Source: Candidatus Heimdallarchaeota archaeon | GTDB taxonomy: Archaea; Asgardarchaeota; Heimdallarchaeia; Hodarchaeales; Hodarchaeaceae | Length of the DNA: 46,670 nt | Assembly: GCA_048881705.1 (NCBI GenBank) | Contig: JBHLSH010000021.1 | Coordinates: 1-46,670, forward strand | Direction: 5' to 3' | In this document: positions 46,281 to 46,670 of the stretch, one piece after another | How the letters are laid out: each line of letters starts with the position of its first letter | Numbering within the stretch: position 1 is the stretch's first letter | Notes under the pieces: generated by a model | What the model saw: the letters and a program-made list of their open reading frames with translations, nothing else | Told to the model about the DNA's origin: nothing | Database searches by the model: none | Translations under genes and position numbers: made by a program

Positions 46281-46670
46281 CTAGCCTACCTCCCAGGCGT
46301 TCAGAACTCTCTTTAAGGCGTTCAACGGTTGTCCAGCGGCCCTACGTTCTTCCAATCGCATTACCACGACCAAAGCAATTTCATATAGGACAATCAATGG
46401 GAGACTTAACAAAATCATGGAGAGAGGGGTAGGATCTGGAGTAATAACCGCAGTAAGGGCGACAAGGGCAATAAGAACCTCTCGTCTTCGTTGAATCAGG
46501 GTCTCACTAGAAAATAGCCCAGCAAGCGCCCCAAAAACGATCCAGATTGGAAATGTAAAGAGGAGACCAGTCCCCACTAAAGAAAAAAAGATGAATTCGA
46601 TGAAAGATTCAAGAGGCACAAAATTTACTATTCGGCCATATTCTATGATTGTGGTCAACCCAAAAAGTGT
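46281..46670 (-). CDS. tatC: Twin-arginine translocase TatC, C-terminal part (runs off window end)
   Basis: GLLFTFP...LAGLFSSETL..RRREVLIAL..LTAVITP.P...SMILLSLPLIVLYEI. The frame is open to the window edge. Confidence 0.88.
   Translation of the reverse strand, partial: TLFGLTTIIEYGRIVNFVPLESFIEFIFFSLVGTGLLFTFPIWIVFGALAGLFSSETLIQRRREVLIALVALTAVITPDPTPLSMILLSLPLIVLYEIALVVVMRLEERRAAGQPLNALKRVLNAWEVG

Overview
Archaeal chromosomal segment. It is probably from an Asgard archaeon (inference from a GGGP synthase, a Ras/Rab-fold protein, a PCI-like winged-helix protein, tandem surface beta-helix proteins and AAGGTGA/GGAG ribosome-binding sites). About 40 protein-coding genes are supported. No rRNA, tRNA, CRISPR array, transposase or integrase was recognised. 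Main themes: (1) tungsten/pterin-cofactor metabolism scattered across the window (two AOR-family oxidoreductases, moaD, moaA, tupBC and a distant tupA); (2) secreted or surface proteins (S8, M10-like and M6/M30-like peptidases, two NosD-type beta-helix proteins, tatA, partial tatC); (3) housekeeping genes (acnA, purH, GGGPS, DHH, HAD, MFS, SPFH, dodecin). The strongest candidate for an undescribed system is a compact three-gene unit at about 35.4-39.0 kb: a short PUA-less TGT/DpdA-like transglycosylase, a multi-winged-helix protein, and a Zn-ribbon/DUF6884-like protein, which may form a nucleic-acid base-modification or defence module. Also notable are a Rab-fold pseudo-GTPase with all five G-boxes degenerate, a membrane-anchored PCI-like protein, a MoaD with a capped C-terminus (GGG-CR), and two genes whose conserved N-termini seem to need non-canonical start codons. 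Family assignments come from motif recognition by eye; no database search was run.
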